From: an uncultured virus (IMG/VR IMGVR_UViG_3300042367_000583)
Lineage: Duplodnaviria > Heunggongvirae > Uroviricota > Caudoviricetes
Reading direction: 5' to 3' (one strand)
IMG/VR virus record: IMGVR_UViG_3300042367_000583
Span: 1-64,000 of that record
DNA length: 64,000 nucleotides
A program made the translations under genes and the position numbers. Shown piece after piece: positions 55,995 to 64,000 of this stretch. The stretch's first letter is position 1. Each line of letters starts with the position of its first letter. Below the pieces are notes generated by a model. That model searched no databases and was not told the DNA's origin. It was given only the letters and a program-made list of their open reading frames with translations.

Positions 55995-58867
55995 TTAGAA
56001 AACGGAATTGTAAAAGTGATCACAGACCCATTTAAGACAGTTTCTACCCTCAAAAGCCATTGATTGTCAAAAGTGTCAAAAGTTGCTTCTATAACTTTTC
56101 CGACCGCTCTTGGTGGGATAGTTCGCTCTCCTATCTCTACAGATGCAGCCGTTCGTATTAATACGGTTTCTTTTTTAAGATCAGGGAGGCTATCGATATA
56201 GACACCATCAGCTGAGAATTCATCGATTACTGGTTCTGATTCAATTTCTACTATGTCAGAATTAGAGATCGATTCATTTTTTGGGCGTGTAAAAGTGGGA
56301 CTGGCAACTTGAACAATTTCTTCTTTTATCTCTGATTGATATTCCAGAGAATCTTCTATCTCAAAAGTTTCTACTACTTTTGGCTCCTGATAGTGCAACA
56401 CCATACCCCTTGACTTAATTTCTAGTCGTCCATAACCAGCGTTTTCTAGCTGAGTAAGTAGGGTACGGGCGATAGAGGTATTTACTCTTTCTCCGTTAAT
56501 TTTACGTCCGCCAAATTTGCCGACAACTTCCCGGGGTGTCATTTTTCCAGCAGTTTTAACGATCTCCCAGATTTCGGATAAAATGCCCTGTACTGGATTT
56601 TCGTCCTGAGATGTAACTCCCTGAATTGTCAAGAATTGACTGATATAGAAGTCGGTCATCTTAGCAGCTTTAATGGCTGTTTGCACAGGAATACTGTAAA
56701 GATTGGTATTCTCTGGATCAAATATCCAATTGAGAAGATGGATGCTTAATGTAAGCCTTAAAAAGGTCTTCATTTGTTTGCCTAGGTAGGAAGCAAATGA
56801 TGGATTAATCGCTCGGTACTTCTTAATAAGTATCTCGTAATGGTATTTAATCCCGAAAGCGTAGTCTTCCCCGTTCGAGGTAAACCAACAATTATAAGGA
56901 TCGACAATCCCATTTTCATCAGCTTCTAGACTAATTCCACTGATTTGATTGATAATATTTTCGATACACTCGTCAATAGAGTTGGGATCTTCTGGCGGTC
57001 TGCCAGGACGAGGATCAAGAGGTTCATGAAGTAAAAAAAGATACCGAGAAACTGCCCCATCGACATCATTAGATAAATCAAGATATTTTCTGAGTTTCTC
57101 GACTTGTATCCCACCTAATTTATTAAGTGTTTGCCCATCTAAATAGTATCGATTGTCTTTGTTTACGCGGTCAAAAGTATTTCGGATAGGGCCATTCCAG
57201 TTACTTAAGTCTCGTTGCCGGTCATTCCCTTTACCACCTGATCGGTACTGATTTAATCCCTCGAAAAATCCCGATAATTCGTCATAGACGACTACCCCAC
57301 CTTGCCAAGAAGGTTGCGAGGACATCGTTTTTAAGATGCCATCAAGAGTACCTTCATCATAAAACCACCGACGCGCCTGACAGTGTTCTCTCTCGTAAAG
57401 ACGAGGGTTGATTTCAGCGTTTGTTTTGTTTGCCTTGCGATCTGACGCTGACATCTCTTGCCACGCAGCTTTTAGATCGTCTAGTGTAGATTGCTCTTTA
57501 GTAACTCTCTTCTGCTCGGCTAAATCTTTTCTTTTTAAAACCCGACAAACTTCATTTTGAGTGAGAGTTTTGCCAGTGGAAACCCCGCCCAGGTCTGCAC
57601 AATAGAATATCGGGTATTCCTTCCAGCATTCCCTTTCTCTTACAGTAGTTCGGAGGTTAATTGCAAACCGGCTACCTAAAATACTTCCTAGTATTGGCCA
57701 TAAAGAATGTAGTAATCTGATTGGGGGTTGATTTAATGTCTTGGCACGACTTATAATCGCTTCGGCTAAAGGTTTCGGAAGTATTTCAGAAAGATCAATC
57801 TCTTTTTTCTGGTAATGCTTACCTTTCAGGAACCCTTCTAATCCTGATTTAATAGCGTCCCCTTCTGCTATTTCTGTTTTACGGATTTCAATTAAATATC
57901 GTATTTCTGCTGGTTTCTTGCCAGTGGCTTTTGCCCACAGATCAACTTTTTCTTGCCACTGAGTTCGGGTGATTTCGTTCTGACCAATACAGCCGTCAAT
58001 AGCTGTTATTAGGTCTTGAAAAGTCATCGTTTCTGTTATTGTGACTTCCTTTTCTTTTTTCTCTTTTATTTCTTTTGGTTTATCAACTATTGAGGCTAAT
58101 AATTCCTTAAGATCGATTTTCTTTTCCTCAATCCAATTAAGAATATCTACCCCTTGAGAATCTGGTAAATGATCCCACAAAGGAGAATCTGGATAAGCAT
58201 AAAGCCATTTTGCATCGGGGAAATCTTGATAAATTTTCTGGCAGTGAGACACTCCCCCTTTGTCACGATCAGGGCATAAAATCAGATTTGCTCCCTTTAA
58301 AGCTTCTGTGTGGGACGATTGCCATTTCTTTGATCCGCCTATATTACAAGTGGCAACTAATCCTAGAGATTCAAGCTTTTCTACTTTAGTCTCACCCTCA
58401 ACTACAAATACCCGGTTTCCTTCTTTAATAGCCTTTTCTAGGCGGTCTTGACGATAAAGAGGTATATCTTTGTACTCAATATCGCCTATGCCCCACTTCC
58501 AAGTTTTACCATTGTCTGTAGAGTGTTGCTGTCTGATATCCTTTTTCCAGATACCATTCTCTTGATAGTCCTTCCGGTACACACGGACTCTTAACCCATT
58601 GGCAAGAGGGGGATAAAGGAAGTATTGGGCTTTTTCTTCTTTATAGGCAGAAAATTTGGGTTCTTTCTTGAGATAGTAGAGCGGTGTACCCTCACTATCT
58701 ACTTTGCTCGATTTTTCCCATCCTGGTGCGGGGTCGTAGTTTCGCTTGCATACCGAGAGTAGATTGCCGTCCTCGGCTGTGTACATATAGCACCAATCAG
58801 TCTTACCACAGTGGGGGCAAGGATTGTTTTCGTTGATCTTGACACGATTCGAGGATTGTGTTACCAT
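55967..58867 (-). CDS. Primase-helicase replication protein (Zn finger + TOPRIM + DUF3987)
   Basis: CPHCGK.DWC, VVEGE, PDRD..G, G..STGKT, DELSG, GGIQ. Confidence 0.88.
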   Translation of the reverse strand: MVTQSSNRVKINENNPCPHCGKTDWCYMYTAEDGNLLSVCKRNYDPAPGWEKSSKVDSEGTPLYYLKKEPKFSAYKEEKAQYFLYPPLANGLRVRVYRKDYQENGIWKKDIRQQHSTDNGKTWKWGIGDIEYKDIPLYRQDRLEKAIKEGNRVFVVEGETKVEKLESLGLVATCNIGGSKKWQSSHTEALKGANLILCPDRDKGGVSHCQKIYQDFPDAKWLYAYPDSPLWDHLPDSQGVDILNWIEEKKIDLKELLASIVDKPKEIKEKKEKEVTITETMTFQDLITAIDGCIGQNEITRTQWQEKVDLWAKATGKKPAEIRYLIEIRKTEIAEGDAIKSGLEGFLKGKHYQKKEIDLSEILPKPLAEAIISRAKTLNQPPIRLLHSLWPILGSILGSRFAINLRTTVRERECWKEYPIFYCADLGGVSTGKTLTQNEVCRVLKRKDLAEQKRVTKEQSTLDDLKAAWQEMSASDRKANKTNAEINPRLYEREHCQARRWFYDEGTLDGILKTMSSQPSWQGGVVVYDELSGFFEGLNQYRSGGKGNDRQRDLSNWNGPIRNTFDRVNKDNRYYLDGQTLNKLGGIQVEKLRKYLDLSNDVDGAVSRYLFLLHEPLDPRPGRPPEDPNSIDECIENIINQISGISLEADENGIVDPYNCWFTSNGEDYAFGIKYHYEILIKKYRAINPSFASYLGKQMKTFLRLTLSIHLLNWIFDPENTNLYSIPVQTAIKAAKMTDFYISQFLTIQGVTSQDENPVQGILSEIWEIVKTAGKMTPREVVGKFGGRKINGERVNTSIARTLLTQLENAGYGRLEIKSRGMVLHYQEPKVVETFEIEDSLEYQSEIKEEIVQVASPTFTRPKNESISNSDIVEIESEPVIDEFSADGVYIDSLPDLKKETVLIRTAASVEIGERTIPPRAVGKVIEATFDTFDNQWLLRVETVLNGSVITFTIPFSNCYLEDIST

Positions 58868-58931
58868 AAATGTTATCGAAATAAAAGAAAAGTGTTTTGT
58901 TTACACGACCCGCTTCCGAGCGGGTTTTTTG
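58839..58931 (+). ncRNA. Candidate antisense copy-control RNA (~57 nt) with promoter and terminator
   Basis: TTGACA(58839)-17-TACCAT(58862) with extended TG; hairpin acccgct-tccg-agcgggt plus T run ending ~58930; complementary to the primase leader. Confidence 0.65.
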
Positions 58932-59022
58932 TTGGGTAGTTGGGTAGATGGGTAGGAGGGAGCAAATCAAGGTATTTACTATCCTAGCAGAATTTTCTTG
59001 ATCGGTAAATACTACACTTGCA

Positions 59023-59271
59023 CTACACTTGTAAATCCTTGCTACGCTTAGATTTTAAGTTATACAAAGAGTTGTAAAACGCGGCTTCCCCATCTTTCCT
59101 TGCATTGAGTTCGGTATCGATGGGAATGGTAAGGTAGGATTTTAGTGCAATTTCAGTTGCCTCTTGGGTTTTTAGTCCTAAAATCTTTGATCTTTGGCAC
59201 ATCTCATCCCATAGTTCTTTCTTAACCCGGATTGACACAACTTTTATTGGAGCATCTTGATTGGCAGACAT
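59023..59271 (-). CDS. Ribbon-helix-helix (CopG/Arc-like) repressor
   Basis: VVSIRVKKELW......LG......EIALKSYL. Confidence 0.7.
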   Translation of the reverse strand: MSANQDAPIKVVSIRVKKELWDEMCQRSKILGLKTQEATEIALKSYLTIPIDTELNARKDGEAAFYNSLYNLKSKRSKDLQV

Positions 59272-59436
59272 AGTTCATACAGAATTTTCTGTATTATATC
59301 ATAAAAGTTGAGATTGCCTGTAAGTTTTTTGTAAGTTTTTTGTAGGGTAGTAAGCTTTTCTGTGTTCTGCCCCAAAAGATTTACAGAAAGAAGTTTACCA
59401 ATATTTACAGGAGAAACTGATCGGAGCATAACAGAG

Positions 59437-59464
59437 AAAACAGAGGGTTAACCCTCTGTTTTTT
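59437..59464. terminator. Bidirectional terminator
   Basis: aaaacagagggttaaccctctgtttt. Confidence 0.75.
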
Positions 59465-59473
59465 ATTTGAGAT

Positions 59474-59833
59474 TTATTGAAACATATCATTTGTTGCTTG
59501 ATATGTTCTAACTGGAGTAAATCCTTCTTTATCTTTTCGGTTAATTCCATAGTCACTTAAGTACGGACCGTAAAGGGGAATACATTCTAAATGTCTATAA
59601 TAATCCTTTAAGTTCCATCGGCTGCCATCAGAAAATACATAAACTGTATATCCGTAAACTATTTCAATTTTTTCTAGACTCCCAAGTATTCTTTTTGAAT
59701 GAATACTTCTAAAAATCTTTTTTTCTGCCTGTTTTTTTTCTTGTTCTATTTTTTCTGGACTCAGTTGTACGGGGTCAGGACAAGGCCACTCTGTTTCACG
59801 AGCAGGACAATCTGAAGAGACGAAAAAAGACAT
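59474..59833 (-). CDS. Hypothetical protein
   Basis: TTAGGAG RBS after heptamer repeats. Confidence 0.6.
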   Translation of the reverse strand: MSFFVSSDCPARETEWPCPDPVQLSPEKIEQEKKQAEKKIFRSIHSKRILGSLEKIEIVYGYTVYVFSDGSRWNLKDYYRHLECIPLYGPYLSDYGINRKDKEGFTPVRTYQATNDMFQ

Positions 59834-59885
59834 AATACTCCTAATTGTTTTGATTTTTAGTTGATAACTGATAGCTAATTTTAAA

Positions 59886-60338
59886 CTAATCTAACTTAGA
59901 TAGTAAAGCTTCAATTGTCTTTAGCCCATTCCCCGCCGCTACACATCCGTCTTGAGAAGCTAAAAGCGACAAATCTAAAAGCATTAGTTCAAAAAAGACT
60001 GTTTTTTCTTCTTTGCTAGAAAAAGGAAAAATATCGTGGACTTCATTTGCTAGTTTTGTGGCCATCAGTAGAATTTCGGGGTTGAGTGCATTTTTTTGGT
60101 TCATTGTTTTTTCCAGTTTAGATAGCAGGGTTTCAATGACATGAAATGTGGTTCCGCACCAACTTTTCATGTAGATATTAAGTCTATAGCAATTGTAGAG
60201 GTTTTTAAGCATTTGCTCAAAGATATCTTCTTGATCTCCTCTTTCTAAAGAAGCAAATATTTCTTTACCAACTGTATCTGCTAATTTTTGGGATAGCAGT
60301 CTAATTTGAGTTTTTGTACGTGCATGATTTTGGCTCAT
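59886..60338 (-). CDS. Hypothetical protein with internal duplication
   Basis: Two units ending IE.LLSKL. Confidence 0.6.
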   Translation of the reverse strand: MSQNHARTKTQIRLLSQKLADTVGKEIFASLERGDQEDIFEQMLKNLYNCYRLNIYMKSWCGTTFHVIETLLSKLEKTMNQKNALNPEILLMATKLANEVHDIFPFSSKEEKTVFFELMLLDLSLLASQDGCVAAGNGLKTIEALLSKLD

Positions 60339-60387
60339 CGTTTTTTAATTTATTTAGCAATTTCTAACCGATAACTGATAGCTGATT

Positions 60388-61440
60388 TTAACTTAATCTT
60401 TCTACAAAATCAATAACTTTTTCCCATAACTCTTTGGGAAAATCTACGGTCATTGTATCATCGTCTGTTTGCCTTGCGTTCCCCTCGTTTACTAAGGTCA
60501 TCAGCAGGTATTTAATATCTTTAGCTTTAGGAGTAAGTTTAATGGGTTTTGGTTCCGTTTCGTCGCTAGGTTTTACACTCTCATCGGAGTCAGTTGGATT
60601 TTTAGACTCTATAAAGTTGGCTGTTACCGATTCGACTAATTCCCCAGTGGCTTTTATCCCTTTTTCTTCTGCTATAGCTACAGTCTCTAAAAGCACATTT
60701 TCTTTTTCCGAGAGTGTTAGTTCATTGTTCCTTACAAGATTCTGTAAAGCCGTTTCCGATACTTTACCTTCGATTGCTTTTAATGTCGGACTAGACATCG
60801 AGGAAATCTCTAAAGTTCGGTTATATTCTGATTTTTTCCATCCAGTTTTTTCGCAAAACTGTTGGCAGGACTGTTCTTCAGTTAAACCAGCTAATCTATC
60901 CTCATGTAAATGTCTTTTGATCAGTTTCGCTTTGTCGTACACTGATAGTTTTTCGCTATCAGTGCCGTAAGAGAGCATTTGATACTCTAAGTCCCGGACG
61001 GTCAGACCTGATGCTAGAGGCTTGATAATTGCCAAAACATTAGGAACAATAATCTCTTGAGAGGCTAAAAGCAACCAAGCTAATACCCTTCGATGCCCGT
61101 CCATAGGAAACAGTCGATCACCATCGGCGACTAAATGTAAAGGTTGATAAATTGTTCCCGATGCTAGTATTTTATCGGCTAGTTCTTTAATTAACTCCAA
61201 GTCGTAGGTAACGCGAGTGTTCCATCCGTTTTCACCTGAGATGGACTCAATTAAGTCTTGACTAAAGGTTAAATGGGTTTCGCTAGGTAGGACGCGCATT
61301 TTGCCGTCGTCATGTATTCCTATTCTCGGCCCGATAAAATCACCATTAGCCATTCTAAAAGAAATTAGTCGGGGATCGATCACTATTAACTCCCGTGCAG
61401 AGCCATAGGCTCTGATTCTGTCTCTTGATTTTGCACTCAT
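60388..61440 (-). CDS. ParB/Srx-domain protein
   Basis: ELA..I...G.IYQP, DGHRR, followed by an HTH. Confidence 0.8.
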   Translation of the reverse strand: MSAKSRDRIRAYGSARELIVIDPRLISFRMANGDFIGPRIGIHDDGKMRVLPSETHLTFSQDLIESISGENGWNTRVTYDLELIKELADKILASGTIYQPLHLVADGDRLFPMDGHRRVLAWLLLASQEIIVPNVLAIIKPLASGLTVRDLEYQMLSYGTDSEKLSVYDKAKLIKRHLHEDRLAGLTEEQSCQQFCEKTGWKKSEYNRTLEISSMSSPTLKAIEGKVSETALQNLVRNNELTLSEKENVLLETVAIAEEKGIKATGELVESVTANFIESKNPTDSDESVKPSDETEPKPIKLTPKAKDIKYLLMTLVNEGNARQTDDDTMTVDFPKELWEKVIDFVERLS

Positions 61441-61444
61441 TTTG

Positions 61445-61855
61445 TTACTCCTCAGTTGTGCTTGGGTTGTAAGTTAGTCCCCAGATGCGAGACGTTCCGT
61501 ATGTTTCTTTATAATCACCCTCTACTACAAAATTAGAGGCTATAGCGATAGCTTTCATAAACAAGTTAGCATCCTTTTTTAACTGTTTAGGGATAGGAAC
61601 ATCTGTCTTACAAAAAACAAGAAATAACCACAGCCAAAATGTTATTTTCTTTGTAATAGATTGATTCCAGTTGTAATTACCAAGAACAAGACAATCCATT
61701 ATATTGTCCTTGATTGCGGATTTATAAAACAGTTCTAAATAGTCTAATTTAGGATTCTGTTTCACTTCTAATAGTAAAGCATCAACGCATTGTTTAGCTT
61801 CGGTAGGCAAGCTATTGTATTCTCTCCGAACTAGCATTGCGCGTTGAATGTCCAT
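61445..61855 (-). CDS. Hypothetical protein, paralog family X
   Basis: Y..LPTE.KQ.VD.L...V.IP..LKK...LF..A..IAS. Confidence 0.65.
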   Translation of the reverse strand: MDIQRAMLVRREYNSLPTEAKQCVDALLLEVKQNPKLDYLELFYKSAIKDNIMDCLVLGNYNWNQSITKKITFWLWLFLVFCKTDVPIPKQLKKDANLFMKAIAIASNFVVEGDYKETYGTSRIWGLTYNPSTTEE

Positions 61856-61897
61856 TGGCTTACTCCTTCTGTAGATTATTTTTAGTTGTTTCTTGCT

Positions 61898-62308
61898 TTA
61901 TTCGTAGTCCCAATCAATCAATGGGAGAATGACATAACCCTCCTCTGCAAGGTAACTAGCTATAACAAGAGATTGTAGAAAAAGACAATAGTTTTTCTTG
62001 AAAAGATTAGGTATTGCTACACCTGTTAAAATCGAAAAGATAAACTGGAATATAGCAGTTTTAAAACGCCAAAAACATCCTACTTTCCTGTCTGAATCAG
62101 CGTCAATAAATGCACTGCTTAAAAGACATTCTATATCATTGTCATCTGCTTTGATTACGCTTTCATAAACTCCTTCTAGTATTTTCGATGCAAAGGGTTT
62201 TTTTGATGTTTTAGTATTTTTAACTAAGCAATCGACATATTGCTTGACTTCTGTTGGCAACTCAGCGTAGCTTAAGTTGATTAGTACTCGATAGGTCAGG
62301 CTTTTCAT
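61898..62308 (-). CDS. Hypothetical protein, paralog family X
   Basis: Same motifs as 61445..61855. Confidence 0.65.
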   Translation of the reverse strand: MKSLTYRVLINLSYAELPTEVKQYVDCLVKNTKTSKKPFASKILEGVYESVIKADDNDIECLLSSAFIDADSDRKVGCFWRFKTAIFQFIFSILTGVAIPNLFKKNYCLFLQSLVIASYLAEEGYVILPLIDWDYE

Positions 62309-62312
62309 TTTT

Positions 62313-62714
62313 TTACTCCTCAGTTGTATTGTCGGTTATTTCTTTATACCAGCTTTTTTCTGCTAGAAAAATCGACGCTAGTGTTAAAGCTTCTCTGAAA
62401 AGATCAAAATCTTTTTTAAGAGGAGAAGGAATAGCAACTCCTGTACATATAGGCATAAGAATAGTTATAACCCAAAATTTAACCCGATTAATAAAAGAGA
62501 GATTCCATTTACCATCGAATAAGTACAGATAGACGTATCCTTTTTGTATATCTCCTTCCCACCACTAGATTAATATCTCGTTAGTTATTTGGCTAGTTTG
62601 AGATTTTTTTAATAAATCATCAATCCAATTTTTTGAGTCAAGAGATAATTCGAGATATTTATTTTTAATCATAAGCTTATATAGCTCCTCTTTGAGATGC
62701 GAGTTGATGTTCAC
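62313..62714 (-). pseudogene. Third family-X paralog with an in-frame TAG at 62565-62567
   Basis: Manual translation ...NEILI*WWEGD...CTGVAIPSPLKKDFDLFREALTLAS...TTEE. Confidence 0.75.
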
Positions 62715-62747
62715 TGTTTTACTCCCCAATTGTGCTAGTTTTTACTT

Positions 62748-63167
62748 TTAAGGCATTTTTAGGTCTTCATAGCGTTTTCCCCATTCGTTAACAAGAATCG
62801 TAATTTCTGGAAGATTAATCGCTTTACCTTTAATCCATATATACGGATTATTTGATTCTGATAAACTTGTTAATGTTTCAAATAGCAAGTTTGTAGATTT
62901 CAATTCTACAAATGTTAAATTAATCTTGATTACTTTTTTAGTTTTGCCAGAATCGCAAGTAATCTCAAAATCTGCCTTTAATTGCTGTACTTGATTAATG
63001 CCTACACTAAAAACTAGGTTAGCTACCAATCCATGCAAGCAAATATTTTCGACTTGCCCTGTACTTAAAACTTTCCATTGGTTTTTGCTGCTTTCAACTA
63101 AGATTTCTTGTATTTGCTGGGAAGTCAGTTCATCCCACCAATCACGACTTAAGAGATTCAGATTCAT
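62748..63167 (-). CDS. Hypothetical protein
   Basis: AAGGAG RBS. Confidence 0.6.
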   Translation of the reverse strand: MNLNLLSRDWWDELTSQQIQEILVESSKNQWKVLSTGQVENICLHGLVANLVFSVGINQVQQLKADFEITCDSGKTKKVIKINLTFVELKSTNLLFETLTSLSESNNPYIWIKGKAINLPEITILVNEWGKRYEDLKMP

Positions 63168-63246
63168 TTAATACTCCTTAATTCCCATTTTTAGATTTTT
63201 TAGCTTTTCAGGTCTTTATAGGTTGCTGATAACTGACAACTAACTA

Positions 63247-64000
63247 TTAAAAATCTTCACTGAGAAGTTCACCAGGATCAATATTTTCACTGCGAACTTC
63301 TATTACTGGCTTTAGCCTTGCGTCTATAGCTTTTTTTAGGAGGTCGGCTAATTCTTTTTCAGAGGTTGCTTGTTGGGCGACTTGTTCTGCTTCTGATTGA
63401 GGTAATCCTTGATTTACAGCCCAAATAATTCCAGCTTGTTTGCGCTCTTCTGATAGCGACGACTGTGGTTTGCTTGGCAAAGATACTTCCACATCTACTA
63501 CATTACCAGATTCGCCAATTTCAGCGCCTAGCTCGTCAGGATTATAAATAGGTGCGCCAAGTGCTAAGTCGGGGCAAAACTCACGGAACCCGTTAGAAAT
63601 CGCCCTTGCAAAAAGCATATTTTTGGGGTATTTTTTCCAGTTAGGATTCCCTGCGAGAAGTCCTGCTGCTTGGGCATCGTCTTTTGAAAAAGAACTAATC
63701 CCTAAAGATTCCCAGTTGTTTTGCCAAAGCTCAAAAAACTCTAATTCGCAGATTTCTGGCGTGTGTTTAATTTTTTTGTATCGGTATTTACCCGATCCTT
63801 TAATTAAAGCCGCCATTAAATTAGCACTTAATGCAGGTTTTCCTTGTATTAAATGAATACCAGTCATCGAAGCAAAGGCTGGAATACCTAACTCTTTTCC
63901 TGCTAAAACTTTGACAAAACATTTAGCAGCACTTTGTACATCCCCAAACATTCCTGATTTTGCCAAAATATCAGAAACTTTGTAAATATCATCGACTGTT
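63247..64000 (-). CDS. RecT/Bet-like ssDNA annealing protein (5' end probably off the right edge)
   Basis: G.ELG...SM..I..IQGKP...AGL.....W.KYP..ML.ARA. Confidence 0.8.
   Translation of the reverse strand, partial: TVDDIYKVSDILAKSGMFGDVQSAAKCFVKVLAGKELGIPAFASMTGIHLIQGKPALSANLMAALIKGSGKYRYKKIKHTPEICELEFFELWQNNWESLGISSFSKDDAQAAGLLAGNPNWKKYPKNMLFARAISNGFREFCPDLALGAPIYNPDELGAEIGESGNVVDVEVSLPSKPQSSLSEERKQAGIIWAVNQGLPQSEAEQVAQQATSEKELADLLKKAIDARLKPVIEVRSENIDPGELLSEDF

Noticed and set aside
62565..62567. Genome-wide amber recoding
   Set aside because: Many genes end normally in TAG and there is no suppressor tRNA in the window

Overview
This AT-rich window is part of a temperate siphovirus-type cyanophage or prophage. 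The host is most likely Microcystis, judged from nblA, a cyanobacterial ThyA-DUF4346 fusion, FGE/CLec genes, TCAGTTA heptamer repeats and a type I-D-like CRISPR repeat. Structural and packaging genes include a tail module with a >1700-aa tape measure protein that runs off the left edge and is missing from the ORF track, a terminase with a class 3 LAGLIDADG intein, portal, capsid, baseplate, tail-fibre genes and a GH19 endolysin. Replication and metabolism genes include RNR, a helicase, a DUF3987 primase-helicase, and ParB-like and RecT-like genes; there is also one tRNA(CAT). No integrase, reverse transcriptase or cas gene is visible. Top leads: (1) a Cas-less repeat/22-nt spacer/repeat unit that should be processed into one short crRNA-like RNA; (2) a tape measure protein with in-frame protein kinase, alpha/beta-hydrolase and HeH domains; (3) an orphan DGR-type variable region; (4) a candidate Crn4-like ring nuclease; (5) an RHH repressor / antisense RNA / primase copy-control cassette plus palindrome arrays, suggesting a phage-plasmid; (6) repeat-bounded accessory cassettes and scars of tail-module swapping. 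All family assignments come from motif reading by eye, not database searches.
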